DNA of 64,000 nucleotides from Escherichia coli (GCF_024298765.1 NZ_CP101210.1), one strand, 5' to 3'; positions 22,569 to 34,795 are shown, counted from the stretch's first letter. Notes: generated by a model from the sequence alone, not told the origin. Numbers and translations: made by a program.

Positions 22569-24254
22569 ACCAAGGGGGCCGAGCGTATTTCCGAGGTTTC
22601 TGCCCGCTTTACCCTGGACGCGATGCCCGGCAAACAGATGGCGATTGACGCCGATCTTAACGCCGGGTTGATCAACCAGACGCAGGCGCAAACCCGGCGT
22701 AAAGATGTCGCCAGCGAGGCCGATTTCTACGGCGCAATGGACGGGGCATCAAAATTTGTGCGCGGGGACGCCATCGCCGGGATGATGATTCTGGCAATCA
22801 ACCTGATCGGCGGCGTCTGTATCGGCATCTTCAAATACAACCTGAGCGCCGACGCCGCCTTCCAGCAATATGTGCTGATGACTATCGGCGATGGGCTGGT
22901 GGCGCAAATCCCTTCCCTGCTGCTCTCCACCGCGGCGGCGATTATCGTCACCCGCGTCAGCGATAACGGTGATATCGCCCATGACGTGCGTAATCAGTTG
23001 CTGGCAAGCCCGTCGGTTCTCTACACCGCCACTGGAATTATGTTCGTGCTGGCGGTGGTGCCGGGAATGCCGCATTTCCCGTTCCTGATGTTCAGCGCCC
23101 TGCTTGGTTTTACCGGCTGGCGGATGAGCAAGCGCCCGCAAGCGGCGGAGGCGGAAGAGAAAAGCCTCGAAACGCTAACCCGTACGATGACAGAAACCAG
23201 CGAGCAACAGGTCAGTTGGGAAACTATTCCGCTGATCGAACCTATCAGTTTAAGCCTCGGCTACAAACTGGTGGCGCTGGTGGATAAAGCGCAGGGCAAC
23301 CCGCTCACCCAGCGTATTCGCGGCGTACGTCAGGTGATTTCCGACGGCAACGGCGTGCTGCTGCCGGAGATCCGTATTCGGGAAAACTTCCGCCTCAAGC
23401 CCAGCCAGTACGCCATTTTCATCAACGGCATTAAGGCTGATGAAGCGGATATTCCGGCAGATAAACTGATGGCCCTGCCCTCCAGCGAAACCTACGGCGA
23501 GATAGACGGCGTGCTGGGGAACGACCCGGCGTACGGGATGCCGGTCACCTGGATTCAGCCCGCGCAGAAAGCGAAGGCGCTGAATATGGGGTATCAGGTG
23601 ATCGACAGCGCCAGCGTAATTGCCACCCATGTGAATAAGATTGTGCGCAGCTATATTCCTGATTTGTTTAACTATGACGATATTACTCAGCTGCATAACC
23701 GTTTGTCGTCGATGGCACCGCGACTGGCGGAAGATTTGAGCGCGGCGCTCAATTACAGCCAGTTGCTGAAAGTGTACCGGGCGCTACTGACTGAAGGCGT
23801 TTCCCTGCGCGATATCGTCACCATCGCCACCGTGTTGGTCGCCAGTAGTGCGGTGACTAAAGATCATATTCTGCTGGCGGCCGATGTGCGCCTGGCGCTG
23901 CGGCGCAGCATTACCCATCCGTTCGTTCGCAAGCAGGAGCTGACGGTGTATACGCTGAATAATGAGCTGGAAAATCTGCTGACCAACGTGGTGAATCAGG
24001 CGCAACAGGCCGGCAAAGTGATGCTTGATAGCGTGCCAGTGGATCCGAATATGCTCAACCAGTTCCAGAGCACGATGCCTCAGGTGAAGGAGCAGATGAA
24101 AGCGGCGGGGAAAGATCCGGTGCTGCTGGTGCCGCCGCAGCTGCGCCCCTTGCTGGCGCGCTACGCAAGGTTGTTTGCGCCGGGGCTGCATGTGCTGTCG
24201 TATAACGAAGTGCCGGATGAGCTGGAGTTGAAGATAATGGGGGCGCTGATATAG
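22569..24254 (+). pseudogene. lfhA: lfhA' (FlhA homolog of the Flag-2 system), lacking about the first 130 codons
   Basis: Homology to FlhA begins at GAERISEVSARFTLDAMPGKQM, an internal FlhA region. The preceding part of the ORF is antisense to lafU' and not FlhA-like. Confidence 0.7.
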
Positions 24255-24545
24255 GCATGATAAGACGCGTCTGCGTCGCATCTGGCACCGGTACACAACC
24301 GCCGGATGCGGCGTGAACGCCTTATCCGGCCTACGGGTGAGCACGGTTTTGTCGGCATGATAAGACGCGTGGCGTCGCATCTGGCATCGGCGCACAACCG
24401 CCGGATGCGGCGTGAACGCCTTATCCGGCCTACTGGTGAGTGCGGTTTTGTCGGCATGATAAGACGCGTAGTGTCGCATCAGACACCGGCGCACAACCGC
24501 CAGATGCGGCGTGAACGCCTTATCCGGCCTACAAAATCGTCTCTT
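24255..24545. repeat. REP/BIME array, three tandem units
   Basis: Three repeats of GCATGATAAGACGCG...CGCATC...GCCGGATGCGGCGTGAACGCCTTATCCGGCCTAC, a classical E. coli REP/BIME palindromic unit. Confidence 0.85.
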
Positions 24546-25287
24546 CCGTCAAAATCCGTCGCGCGCCTAAAAAATGGTCCTGCCAGAAAGGTTCGGCTAA
24601 CCGACTTACCCGAATGGTTTCCCCGGTGCGCGGTGACTCGATAAACTGACCGTCTCCAAGATATACGCCCATATGGTCGGCTATCTCACGACTGTGGATA
24701 TGGAAAAACAGCAAATCTCCCCGGCGCAGGTCGTTATTCGCCACAATCGTTGCCCGACGGTAGTGGTACATCTCATTGGCCGTGCGCGGGAGCTTAGCCT
24801 CAAGGATCTTGTTGTAGGCATAAAAAACCAACCCGCTACAGTCGAAGCCTTTATCAGGCCGCGTGCCCCCCCAGATATAAGGCTTACCTAGCTGCTGCTC
24901 CAGGCGGTGAATCGCCACTTCGGTGATGTTATGTAGATGGTCGCTGCTTAAGAAATGATTATTCTCCACCAACGCCTGCCAGCGTCTGTCACTCGCCTTG
25001 AGCGGCGCAGGAAACCATTCTGGATGCTGTTTTATCTGCTCCCGATTATGCTGGCGCAGCGCCCTTCTGCTTTTGGCATTGCCTTCCACAATATAGCTGG
25101 CCTGCTTTTTCAGATGGGTTTGGTACTGTTTTAATAAACGCGCACGGTTTTGCATCCGCTGGCGGGCGGCGTAGCTAAAAGAGATATGTGATGTGGTGGC
25201 GCTGGCGAGTAAAGGGAGCAAAACGCATAACGAAAACACGCCTGGATGCAGAAATCTGCCGTGCAAGAACGAAGACATGAAGGACAT
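24529..25287 (-). CDS. yafL: NlpC/P60-family lipoprotein peptidase YafL
   Basis: 252-aa ORF with signal peptide and NlpC/P60 motifs (DCSGLV...H...GVYLGDGQFIE). Confidence 0.85.
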   Translation of the reverse strand: MSFMSSFLHGRFLHPGVFSLCVLLPLLASATTSHISFSYAARQRMQNRARLLKQYQTHLKKQASYIVEGNAKSRRALRQHNREQIKQHPEWFPAPLKASDRRWQALVENNHFLSSDHLHNITEVAIHRLEQQLGKPYIWGGTRPDKGFDCSGLVFYAYNKILEAKLPRTANEMYHYRRATIVANNDLRRGDLLFFHIHSREIADHMGVYLGDGQFIESPRTGETIRVSRLAEPFWQDHFLGARRILTEETIL

Positions 25288-25589
25288 AAACCAGCTGAAT
25301 GAAGGTGAGAATTTTAAAAGACCGGAGGAGTAAACGGGATTATTAATTGCTTATTTGCATATTACTATTGCGGTTTCATAATCTTAGGAAATAAGAAATA
25401 AATCTACAATCCATGCGCTTTTCGGACTCTTGAAAACTGCCCCTGTGCTAAATTTGTAAACCCTGCGCCGACAGGCTTGCGTAAAACTCTTTTGGTGATA
25501 ATGTGAGCCTTCCAAATCCAGACTATTCCGATTTGGGATTCATTTTGCCGTCCTGGCGTGTGTAACCGTTTTATCAAGGAATAAGCAGT

Positions 25590-26330
25590 ATGCGTAAAAT
25601 CGCATTAATTCTTGCGATGTTGTTGATCCCGTGCGTTTCGTTTGCCGGTTTGCTGGGCAGCAGTAGCTCGACCACGCCAGTGAGCAAAGAGTATAAGCAG
25701 CAGTTGATGGGATCCCCTGTCTACATCCAGATCTTCAAGGAAGAACGTACGCTCGATCTCTACGTCAAAATGGGCGAGCAATATCAACTGCTCGACAGCT
25801 ATAAAATCTGTAAATATTCCGGCGGATTAGGGCCAAAACAGCGTCAGGGCGATTTCAAAAGCCCGGAAGGGTTTTATAGCGTCCAGCGTAATCAGTTAAA
25901 ACCAGACAGCCGTTACTACAAAGCGATTAATATTGGATTCCCAAACGCCTATGACCGTGCGCATGGTTATGAAGGGAAATACCTGATGATTCACGGCGAT
26001 TGTGTTTCCATCGGCTGCTACGCGATGACCAATCAGGGTATTGATGAGATCTTCCAGTTCGTTACTGGTGCGCTGGTGTTTGGTCAGCCGAGCGTGCAAG
26101 TGAGTATTTACCCGTTCCGTATGACCGACGCCAATATGAAGCGCCATAAATATTCCAACTTTAAGGACTTCTGGGAGCAACTGAAGCCGGGCTACGACTA
26201 CTTTGAGCAAACCCGTAAGCCACCGACCGTTTCTGTGGTCAATGGCCGTTACGTGGTCAGCAAGCCGTTAAGCCACGAAGTTGTGCAGCCACAACTGGCA
26301 TCAAACTACACGCTCCCCGAGGAAAAATAA
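25590..26330 (+). CDS. yafK: L,D-transpeptidase-like periplasmic protein YafK
   Basis: 246-aa ORF with signal peptide and YkuD-like domain ([14 protein letters not shown]). Matches YafK. Confidence 0.85.
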   Translation: MRKIALILAMLLIPCVSFAGLLGSSSSTTPVSKEYKQQLMGSPVYIQIFKEERTLDLYVKMGEQYQLLDSYKICKYSGGLGPKQRQGDFKSPEGFYSVQRNQLKPDSRYYKAINIGFPNAYDRAHGYEGKYLMIHGDCVSIGCYAMTNQGIDEIFQFVTGALVFGQPSVQVSIYPFRMTDANMKRHKYSNFKDFWEQLKPGYDYFEQTRKPPTVSVVNGRYVVSKPLSHEVVQPQLASNYTLPEEK

Positions 26331-27068
26331 GCGCCATTCACCTGGCATAATCTTTTGCCAGGTTTCATTGCCCGTCAGCGGCTGTGTCGCAATCACCGTG
26401 ACCACATCATTCGGTGTGGTCTGCGAGCTGAAGTCGATTTCCACATCCTGATCCAGCAACGTTGCCACGCCAAACGGCGCGCGGCGGGTGATCCAGTGTA
26501 AATTAGTCGAGCAATACGCCATTACATAGCGCCCGTCAGAAAGCAGCATGTTGAAAACGCCCTTCTGCCGCAGTTCATCCGCCAGTGAGGCGATATATTT
26601 AAACACTGCCGCCATGTTGCCCGGTGTGCGCGGGTAACGCTGCGTTAATTTATGCAGGAGCCAGCAAAAGGCTTTTTCGCTATCGGTTTCACCGACCGGG
26701 CGGAAGTTGCCGGTTTCCAGTGATTTGTAGCCCGTCAGTTGTCCATTATGGGCATAAGTCCAGTTACGCCCCCATAACTCGCGGGTAAACGGGTGAGTAT
26801 TTTCCAGCGCCACCTCGCCCCGATTAGCCTGGCGAATATGAGCCACCACCGAACAGGATTTTATCGGGTAGTCCTGGACAAGTTTGGCGATGGGGGAATT
26901 AAAGCTGGGTTGCGGATCTTTAAATGTGCGACAGCCTTTACCTTCGTAAAAGGTAATGCCCCAGCCATCTTTATGTGGCCCGGTTCCACCACCACGCTGT
27001 ACAAGTCCGGTGAAACTAAAGCAGATATCGGTAGGGACGTTGGCGCTCATCCCGAGCAATTCGCACAT
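26301..27068 (-). CDS. yafJ: class II glutamine amidotransferase YafJ
   Basis: Translation from [11 protein letters not shown] with N-terminal Cys nucleophile. Matches YafJ. Confidence 0.85.
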   Translation of the reverse strand: MCELLGMSANVPTDICFSFTGLVQRGGGTGPHKDGWGITFYEGKGCRTFKDPQPSFNSPIAKLVQDYPIKSCSVVAHIRQANRGEVALENTHPFTRELWGRNWTYAHNGQLTGYKSLETGNFRPVGETDSEKAFCWLLHKLTQRYPRTPGNMAAVFKYIASLADELRQKGVFNMLLSDGRYVMAYCSTNLHWITRRAPFGVATLLDQDVEIDFSSQTTPNDVVTVIATQPLTGNETWQKIMPGEWRLFFLGERVV

Positions 27069-27099
27069 GGGTAACCTCCACAACAGCGGGAGCGCATGG

Positions 27100-27272
27100 C
27101 CCCCGGCGAAGATTGATTTAAGAATTTTCAGGTCGGATGTGGCGTGAACGCATTATTCGGCCTACGGTTCGGGTGCAGATTGTAGGCATGATAAGACGCG
27201 TCAGCGTCGCATCAGGCATCAGAGCACAAATGCCGGATGCGGCGTAAACGCCTTATCTGGCCTACGCCAGAC
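27100..27272. repeat. REP/BIME element
   Basis: GGCGTGAACGCATTATTCGGCCTAC, GCATGATAAGACGCG and GCCGGATGCGGCGTAAACGCCTTATCTGGCCTAC motifs between yafJ and gmhA. Confidence 0.8.
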
Positions 27273-27851
27273 TTACTTAACCATCTCTTTTTCAATTAAC
27301 TGGATCAGGATATGGATCACTTTAATGTGGATCTCCTGAATGCGGTCGGCATAACCAAAGTGCGGAACGCGAATTTCAATATCCGCCGTGCCAGCCATTT
27401 TGCCGCCGTCTTTACCCGTCAGGGTGATCACTTTCATCCCCTTCTCACGCGCCGCTGCGATCGCTTTGATCACGTTTGCAGAGTTACCGGAGGTGGAGAT
27501 CCCCAGCAGTACATCGCCTTCGCGACCTACCGCTTCAACGTAACGCGAGAAAATATCATTGAAACCAAAATCGTTACCGACGCAGGAAATATGACTAACG
27601 TCAGAAATGGCAATCGCCGGGTAGCCCGGACGGTTTTCACGGTAGCGACCGGTCAACTCTTCGGCAAAGTGCATGGCGTCGCAATGGGAGCCGCCGTTGC
27701 CACAGGAAAGCACTTTACCACCGGCTTTAAAGCTGTCTGCTAACAGGACCGCCGCGCGCTGAATGGCGTGAATATTGGCGTCATCTTTTAAAAAGTTAGC
27801 CAGCGTTTCCGCCGCTTCGTTCAGTTCATTACGAATAAGATCCTGGTACAT
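27273..27851 (-). CDS. gmhA: phosphoheptose isomerase
   Basis: Translation from [17 protein letters not shown], 192 aa, SIS domain. Matches GmhA (LpcA). Confidence 0.95.
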
Positions 27852-28090
27852 GAGGATATCCTTCAGCATAAATGTAATAGACAAAATGCAGTGTACCGGA
27901 TACCGCCAAAAGCGAGAAGTACGGGCAGGTGCTATGACCAGGACTTTTTGACCTGAAGTGCGGATAAAAACAGCAACAATGTGAGCTTTGTTGTAATTAT
28001 ATTGTAAACACATTGCTAAATGTTTTTACATCCACTACAACCATATCATCACAAGTGGTCAGACCTCCTACAAGTAAGGGGCTTTTCGTT

Positions 28091-30535
28091 ATGATGATTT
28101 TGAGTATTCTCGCTACGGTTGTCCTGCTCGGCGCATTGTTCTATCACCGCGTGAGCTTATTTATCAGCAGTCTGATTTTGCTCGCCTGGACAGCCGTCCT
28201 CGGCGTTGCTGGTCTGTGGTCGGCGTGGGTACTAGTGCCTCTGGCCATTATCCTCATACCGTTTAACTTTGCCCCTATGCGTAAATCGATGATTTCTGCG
28301 CCAGTGTTTCGTGGATTCCGCAAAGTGATGCCGCCGATGTCGCGCACCGAGAAAGAAGCGATCGACGCGGGCACCACCTGGTGGGAGGGCGACTTGTTCC
28401 AGGGCAAGCCGGACTGGAAAAAGCTGCATAACTATCCGCAGCCGCGCCTGACCACTGAAGAGCAAGCGTTTCTCGACGGTCCGGTAGAAGAAGCCTGCCG
28501 GATGGCGAATGATTTCCAGATTACTCATGAGCTGGCGGACCTGCCGCCGGAGTTGTGGGCGTACCTTAAAGAGCATAGTTTCTTCGCGATGATCATCAAA
28601 AAAGAGTACGGCGGGCTGGAGTTCTCGGCTTATGCCCAGTCTCGCGTGCTGCAAAAACTCTCCGGCGTGAGCGGGATCCTGGCGATTACCGTCGGCGTGC
28701 CGAACTCATTAGGCCCGGGCGAGCTGCTGCAACATTACGGCACTGACGAGCAGAAAAATCACTATCTGCCGCGTCTGGCGCGTGGTCAGGAGATCCCTTG
28801 CTTTGCACTGACCAGCCCCGAAGCGGGTTCCGATGCGGGCGCGATTCCGGATACCGGGATTGTCTGCATGGGCGAATGGCAGGGCCAGCAGGTGCTGGGG
28901 ATGCGTCTGACCTGGAACAAACGCTACATTACGCTGGCACCGATTGCGACCGTGCTTGGTCTGGCGTTTAAACTCTCCGACCCGGAGAAATTACTCGGTG
29001 GTGCAGAAGATTTAGGTATTACCTGTGCGCTGATCCCGACCACCACGCCGGGTGTGGAAATTGGTCGTCGCCACTTCCCGCTGAACGTACCGTTCCAGAA
29101 CGGACCGACGCGCGGTAAAGATGTGTTCGTGCCGATCGATTACATCATCGGCGGGCCGAAAATGGCCGGGCAAGGCTGGCGGATGCTGGTGGAGTGCCTC
29201 TCGGTAGGCCGCGGCATCACCCTGCCTTCCAACTCAACCGGCGGCGTGAAATCGGTAGCGCTGGCAACGGGCGCGTATGCGCACATTCGTCGGCAGTTCA
29301 AAATCTCTATCGGTAAGATGGAAGGGATTGAAGAGCCGCTGGCGCGTATTGCCGGAAACGCTTATGTAATGGATGCTGCGGCATCGCTGATTACCTACGG
29401 CATTATGCTCGGTGAAAAACCTGCCGTGCTGTCGGCTATCGTTAAGTATCACTGTACCCACCGCGGGCAGCAGTCGATTATTGATGCGATGGATATCACT
29501 GGTGGTAAAGGCATTATGCTCGGGCAAAGCAACTTCCTGGCCCGTGCTTACCAGGGCGCACCGATTGCCATCACCGTTGAAGGGGCCAACATTCTGACCC
29601 GCAGCATGATGATCTTCGGACAAGGAGCGATTCGTTGCCATCCGTACGTGCTGGAAGAGATGGAAGCGGCGAAGAACAATGACGTTAACGCGTTCGATCA
29701 ACTCCTGTTTAAACATATCGGTCACGTCGGTAGCAACAAAGTTCGCAGCTTCTGGCTGGGCCTGACGCGCGGTTTAACCAGCAGCACACCAACCGGCGAT
29801 GCCACTAAACGCTACTATCAGCACCTGAACCGCCTGAGCGCCAACCTCGCCCTGCTTTCTGATGTCTCGATGGTGGTGCTGGGCGGCAGCCTGAAACGTC
29901 GTGAGCGTATCTCGGCACGTCTGGGGGATATTTTAAGTCAGCTTTACCTCGCCTCTGCCGTTCTGAAGCGTTATGACGACGAAGGCCGTAATGAAGCCGA
30001 CCTGCCGCTGGTGCACTGGGGTGTACAGGATGCGCTGTATCAGGCAGAACAGGCGATGGACGATTTACTGCAAAACTTCCCGAACCGCGTGGTTGCCGGG
30101 CTGCTGAATGTGGTGATCTTCCCGACCGGACGTCATTACCTGGCACCGTCTGACAAGCTGGATCATAAAGTGGCGAAGATTTTACAAGTGCCGAATGCCA
30201 CCCGTTCACGTATTGGTCGCGGTCAGTACCTGACACTGAGCAAGCATAACCCGGTTGGTTTACTGGAAGAGGCGCTGGTGGATGTGATTGCCGCCGACCC
30301 GATTCATCAGCGGATCTGTAAAGAGTTGGGTAAAAACCTGCCGTTTACCCGTCTGGATGAACTGGCGCACAACGCACTGGCGAAGGGGCTGATTGATAAA
30401 GATGAAGCCGCTATTCTGGTGAAAGCTGAAGAAAGCCGTCTGCGTAGTATTAACGTTGATGACTTTGATCCAGAAGAGCTGGCGACGAAGCCGGTAAAGC
30501 TGCCGGAGAAAGTGCGGAAAGTTGAAGCCGCGTAA
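28091..30535 (+). CDS. fadE: acyl-CoA dehydrogenase FadE
   Basis: 814-aa translation from [11 protein letters not shown] matches FadE. Confidence 0.95.
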   Translation: MMILSILATVVLLGALFYHRVSLFISSLILLAWTAVLGVAGLWSAWVLVPLAIILIPFNFAPMRKSMISAPVFRGFRKVMPPMSRTEKEAIDAGTTWWEGDLFQGKPDWKKLHNYPQPRLTTEEQAFLDGPVEEACRMANDFQITHELADLPPELWAYLKEHSFFAMIIKKEYGGLEFSAYAQSRVLQKLSGVSGILAITVGVPNSLGPGELLQHYGTDEQKNHYLPRLARGQEIPCFALTSPEAGSDAGAIPDTGIVCMGEWQGQQVLGMRLTWNKRYITLAPIATVLGLAFKLSDPEKLLGGAEDLGITCALIPTTTPGVEIGRRHFPLNVPFQNGPTRGKDVFVPIDYIIGGPKMAGQGWRMLVECLSVGRGITLPSNSTGGVKSVALATGAYAHIRRQFKISIGKMEGIEEPLARIAGNAYVMDAAASLITYGIMLGEKPAVLSAIVKYHCTHRGQQSIIDAMDITGGKGIMLGQSNFLARAYQGAPIAITVEGANILTRSMMIFGQGAIRCHPYVLEEMEAAKNNDVNAFDQLLFKHIGHVGSNKVRSFWLGLTRGLTSSTPTGDATKRYYQHLNRLSANLALLSDVSMVVLGGSLKRRERISARLGDILSQLYLASAVLKRYDDEGRNEADLPLVHWGVQDALYQAEQAMDDLLQNFPNRVVAGLLNVVIFPTGRHYLAPSDKLDHKVAKILQVPNATRSRIGRGQYLTLSKHNPVGLLEEALVDVIAADPIHQRICKELGKNLPFTRLDELAHNALAKGLIDKDEAAILVKAEESRLRSINVDDFDPEELATKPVKLPEKVRKVEAA

Positions 30536-30546
30536 TTGAATAACGG

Positions 30547-30575
30547 AGCCGAAAGGCTCCGTTTCTTTATCCGCT
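30547..30575 (+). terminator. Rho-independent terminator of fadE
   Basis: CGGAGCC-GAAA-GGCTCCG hairpin followed by TTTCTTT. Confidence 0.7.
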
Positions 30576-30577
30576 AA

Positions 30578-31051
30578 TTATTTAAAATTAAAGCCATCCG
30601 GATGGTTTTCCAGGCTGCCGGTCAACGCCGCGAACAGCACCGTTTTACCATCAATAGAAAGCGCATCGTTCACATTCAACCAGGTGAGTTTCTCTTGCGA
30701 CGTTTTCTCATCAATGGTCGAGAACAGCCCCGTCATCTGATTAGATTTCTCGGACCACATCACAGCGATACGTTGCGAGCCACAGTCATGCGGTTTGCAC
30801 GCGCTCATCACCTGATACGTCTCATCTCCCAACGTTACGGTTTGTGCGGGAGTATACGTACCGCCTTTCATCACCCAGGCAGGCAGCTTATGCCCTTGCA
30901 CCATCTGATTAAAAGCAGCTTTGGTGGTTTCGCCCTTTGCAAGGCTGCTAATGGTTAAATCATCCTGCGCCATTGCACTGGTGGCGATGACCAGAGCGGC
31001 GACTGTCGTTATTGCCTTAAACATCATTCCTCCCGGGCTTATCCTGCCCAT
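30578..31051 (-). CDS. ivy: inhibitor of vertebrate lysozyme (Ivy)
   Basis: 157-aa ORF with signal peptide. Matches Ivy, including the CKPHDCG loop. Confidence 0.9.
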   Translation of the reverse strand: MGRISPGGMMFKAITTVAALVIATSAMAQDDLTISSLAKGETTKAAFNQMVQGHKLPAWVMKGGTYTPAQTVTLGDETYQVMSACKPHDCGSQRIAVMWSEKSNQMTGLFSTIDEKTSQEKLTWLNVNDALSIDGKTVLFAALTGSLENHPDGFNFK

Positions 31052-31204
31052 GTTATTAACCTCCTAAAGCTTGGCGATAACACGATAATTTGCAAATCAG
31101 ATATTTCCAATATCAGAATTTGTTATCAATTTATTCTGCGCTAAGGCAACTGCCTGATAAGGTGTTAAAGTTATAAAACCCTTCGCATAAAGGAGTTGTA
31201 CACC

Positions 31205-31975
31205 GTGCCTGGTTTGAAGATTACGCTTTTGCAGCAACCACTGGTGTGGATGGATGGCCCTGCCAATCTGCGCCATTTTGATCGTCAACTGGAAGGTATT
31301 ACCGGGCGCGATGTGATCGTTCTACCGGAAATGTTTACCAGCGGCTTTGCCATGGAAGCGGCAGCTTCGTCGCTAGCACAAGATGACGTAGTGAACTGGA
31401 TGACAGCCAAAGCGCAGCAGTACAATGCGCTGATTGCAGGCAGTGTTGCATTACAAACGGAGTCTGGTTCGGTTAACCGCTTTTTGCTGGTTGAGCCGGG
31501 CGGCACGGTACATTTTTATGATAAGCGTCATCTGTTCCGCATGGCAGATGAGCATCTACATTATAAAGCGGGCAATGCGCGAGTGATTGTGGAATGGCGC
31601 GGCTGGCGTATTTTGCCGCTGGTGTGCTACGACTTACGTTTTCCAGTGTGGTCGCGCAATCTCAACGATTATGACCTCGCCCTGTACGTCGCCAACTGGC
31701 CTGCTCCGCGCTCTCTGCACTGGCAGGCATTGCTGACGGCCCGCGCGATTGAGAATCAGACGTATGTAGCGGGATGCAATCGCGTCGGCAGCGATGGCAA
31801 CGGCTGCCATTATCGCGGTGACAGCCGGGTGATTAATCCACAGGGCGAGATTATCGCTACTGCCGACGCGCATCAGGCAACGCGCATTGATGCGGAGTTG
31901 TCGATGGCTGTATTAAGGGAATATAGAGAAAAGTTTCCGGCATGGCGGGATGCGGATGAGTTTAGGTTGCTGTGA
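31205..31975 (+). CDS. yafV: omega-amidase/nitrilase-family hydrolase YafV
   Basis: Translation from (V)[16 protein letters not shown] matches YafV (C-N hydrolase). GTG start inferred. Confidence 0.85.
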   Translation: MPGLKITLLQQPLVWMDGPANLRHFDRQLEGITGRDVIVLPEMFTSGFAMEAAASSLAQDDVVNWMTAKAQQYNALIAGSVALQTESGSVNRFLLVEPGGTVHFYDKRHLFRMADEHLHYKAGNARVIVEWRGWRILPLVCYDLRFPVWSRNLNDYDLALYVANWPAPRSLHWQALLTARAIENQTYVAGCNRVGSDGNGCHYRGDSRVINPQGEIIATADAHQATRIDAELSMAVLREYREKFPAWRDADEFRLL

Positions 31976-32789
31976 GTGGGTGTTGCGTTTAGGGCCGGGG
32001 AGAGTCGGGGTAAGACTACGAAAGCCCGCTCTCCTGCGACGGCTTTTATCATAGGAGTGTGGAAGTGCTTTTCCATCAATCGCGATGACGTCTTTGTCAT
32101 CTGAAGAATGACATTCACGCATCCGGTTAATAAAGCATTCGTGAAATTATACTGAACGGATACAAGACATAACTCTAATTATAGTGCCGTGAACAGGATT
32201 ACCACTTTCAAAATTACGATATTATTAGCAGTAATTATGTTATTAATCATTGTGATATTTCCATCTCTGTGATCAATACCGGATAAGCATTTAATTGCAG
32301 CATTTGCACGAAATTATCGCAGATAACTGGCAATAACAATAACCCATCAGCCCGCTTCTGTAATACCTCCATTCGTTCTACTGATTCAACATTAACAACC
32401 AAACCAAGGGTATTTAGCGATTTAAGGATCTCCAGATGTTCACTCATCCAGCGCAGAGAAAAAGGATCATCACCAATTATAAAAACAGGCCCCTAGCAGG
32501 TTAATAACTGGCGTTTCATTACGGATCTAGGATGAAGTCGAGTACATATTACAGGAAATACGCCCTGTTGCGATGGTTCCGATGATGTGGAATATTCAGA
32601 AATATTTCCATTGTTAGTGAAGAATTAACATCCATTAATAATGGTGAAACAGCCTCACTTTCCTTGCTAGTAATGGCTGCACTAATCTGAAAGGAAAATA
32701 ACAATATTATTACGTATAAACTCATTTTTAACATAATACATTCAATCCGTTTATTCATGTTATAGAATAATGATGCTATACCCGTGATC

Positions 32790-33650
32790 ATTGAAGATGC
32801 TTGATTTTGTCATGACAGAGGATCATGCTACGCAACATGAAAATCTTCATCTCCGATCTACAAAAAGCAGAGCTGGAACGCCTTCACGATACCAGTCGTA
32901 ACAAGCGGGTCTGCGATCGTATTAAAGCCATTCTTCTGGCTTCTGAAGGCTGGAGTTCAGTCATGATTGCTCAGGCTCTGCGCCTGCATCAGACCACCGT
33001 TGATCATCATATCCATGAGTTTATGAATAAAGGGAAGTTAAAGCCCGAAAACGGTGGTTCAGACAGTAAACTCAGTGCTGAACAAACATCACTCTTAATC
33101 AAACATTTATCTGATAATTTGTTTCACCATACTCATGAAATTATCGCCTTTGTTCTCCACACATGGGGAATTTTGTTCAGCGTTGCCGGTATGAACAAAT
33201 GGTTGCATCGTAACGGCTTCTCTTACAAAAAACCGGCTGGAACGCCTCATAAATTCAGCGAAGAGAGGCAGGCGCAATTCATTGAATTTATGAAGACCTG
33301 AAAGAAAAAGCAGGCGATGAACCTGTTCTTTTTATAGATGCTGTCCACCCCACTCAGGCCACCAAAATCAGTTATGGCTGGATACGAAAAGGGCACCGGA
33401 AAGCAATAGAAACAACAGGTAGCCGTACACGGCTGAATATCATGGGTGCGCTAAATCTGAAGTCTCCGGAACGCCCACTCATCAGTGAGTACCCAACCAT
33501 TAATGCGTTAAGCATATCCCGGTTTTTCAATGAGATAAGAAAGGTTTATCCTGATTATAATCAAACAGTCAACATCATTCTGGATGGTGCACGTTATCAC
33601 CATGCTCAACTGGTAACAGACTGGGCTGAAGTCGTTAATATCAAACGCGT
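32790..33650 (+). mobile_element. IS630-family insertion sequence remnant (frameshifted and 3'-truncated transposase)
   Basis: ORF 32825-33301 encodes the HTH N-terminal half. The DDE region (DEPVLFIDAVHPTQ...LNIMGALN...ILDGARYHH) continues in another frame to about 33650 and lacks the C-terminal end, apparently cut at the tosF 3' end. Confidence 0.7.
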
Positions 33651-33661
33651 TCAATTAGCAC

Positions 33662-34192
33662 TTATCTACATAATAATAGACCTTTGTAAAATAACTGTAT
33701 ATCATTACTGACATACAGTCTATTCATTAAAGACTTTTTATAACTCGAAACAGTTTTTATTGAAACGCCGAGGTTATTAGCAATATCTTTTCCACTTAAA
33801 CCATATAAAAACATCAGCAGGACCTCCTTCTGCCTTCCAGATAAAGAAAGCTTATAATGAGAGTTCTTTACTCTATAAATATAATGTGTGTTATTAAGTG
33901 GATTGTTTTTAGTTAAATCCTTTATATTGCAAATAGGGGCGTGGATAATATCCCTGAGAAAATCAAAGGTTTCAGGGGGAGCATAAAAAATGGTATCCGA
34001 ACACCTAAAATCAATGTTATTGAACTGTAAAAAACAAAAAACATCTGACGTTTTAGGGGATGATATTATAATAATATTTTTTACGCCATTAATTTTATTT
34101 TTCTGGATGACATCTTCAATTGTTTTGTTGATCCCAATAAGGAAATAACGATTATCACATATAACTTTCATATAAAGCGACCAACACTTCAA
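33662..34192 (-). CDS. tosF: LuxR-family transcriptional regulator (TosF-like)
   Basis: 176-aa ORF with C-terminal LuxR-type HTH (LSGRQKEVLLMFLYGLSGKDIANNLGVSIKTVSSYKKSLMNRL). Position downstream of the adhesin matches the tos locus layout. Confidence 0.55.
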   Translation of the reverse strand: MKCWSLYMKVICDNRYFLIGINKTIEDVIQKNKINGVKNIIIISSPKTSDVFCFLQFNNIDFRCSDTIFYAPPETFDFLRDIIHAPICNIKDLTKNNPLNNTHYIYRVKNSHYKLSLSGRQKEVLLMFLYGLSGKDIANNLGVSIKTVSSYKKSLMNRLYVSNDIQLFYKGLLLCR

Positions 34193-34675
34193 TTAACAGA
34201 CAAGCCTTTCATAAGCACATTTATATTTGAGATTTTTTCCTGATATTCCATTTTTTTTCTTTGCTTTATATATATGAGTATACACAGTCTTTGAACTCAT
34301 ACCAAACTGATAAGCAATACTTGCTACATTCCACCCATGGAAAACATAATAGAATAGTATAATCATCTCATTCATGGTTAATTTATGTGGAGAGTTCCCA
34401 AACAACAACCTGCCACTAAACATACATTCATAAATCGATGACAGGCTACTTATTGATTCTACTGGTAATAAGTAAAATCTATAACCGTTAAAAATATAAT
34501 TCATTAACATACTGTTTTTTTTATCACAGAGAATGACAAAAATATTATTGTTTATTATATGCTCACGATTATCTGGTATAAAAAAATCAGCACCAATAGT
34601 AATAGAATGCCTGCTCAATAATTTTTTCAAACCTAACTCAAGATATTTATTGTGCGTAACAATCATTATATTCAT
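34193..34675 (-). CDS. tosE: LuxR-family transcriptional regulator (TosE-like)
   Basis: 160-aa ORF with C-terminal LuxR-type HTH (LTMNEMIILFYYVFHGWNVASIAYQFGMSSKTVYTHIYKA). Adjacent to tosF. Confidence 0.55.
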   Translation of the reverse strand: MNIMIVTHNKYLELGLKKLLSRHSITIGADFFIPDNREHIINNNIFVILCDKKNSMLMNYIFNGYRFYLLPVESISSLSSIYECMFSGRLLFGNSPHKLTMNEMIILFYYVFHGWNVASIAYQFGMSSKTVYTHIYKAKKKNGISGKNLKYKCAYERLVC

Positions 34676-34795
34676 ACATTATGCCTTCTACAAGAAGTAT
34701 ATAAATGTCATATTGACTCATTTGCAAATTATTAAGTTGTTTCTATAACACTCAAAAATGTGGGAAGTTTCCCTCCCACATGAATAAGACAACTA

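Noticed and set aside
23784-24494. Arg/His-rich ORFs on the minus strand (236 aa and neighbours)
   Set aside because: They overlap the lfhA fragment antisense and run through the REP/BIME array, so they are artefacts of repeat sequence.
32247-32447. 66-aa minus-strand ORF between yafV and the IS630 remnant
   Set aside because: Too short and without start context or a recognisable domain. It may be a gene fragment but cannot be supported.
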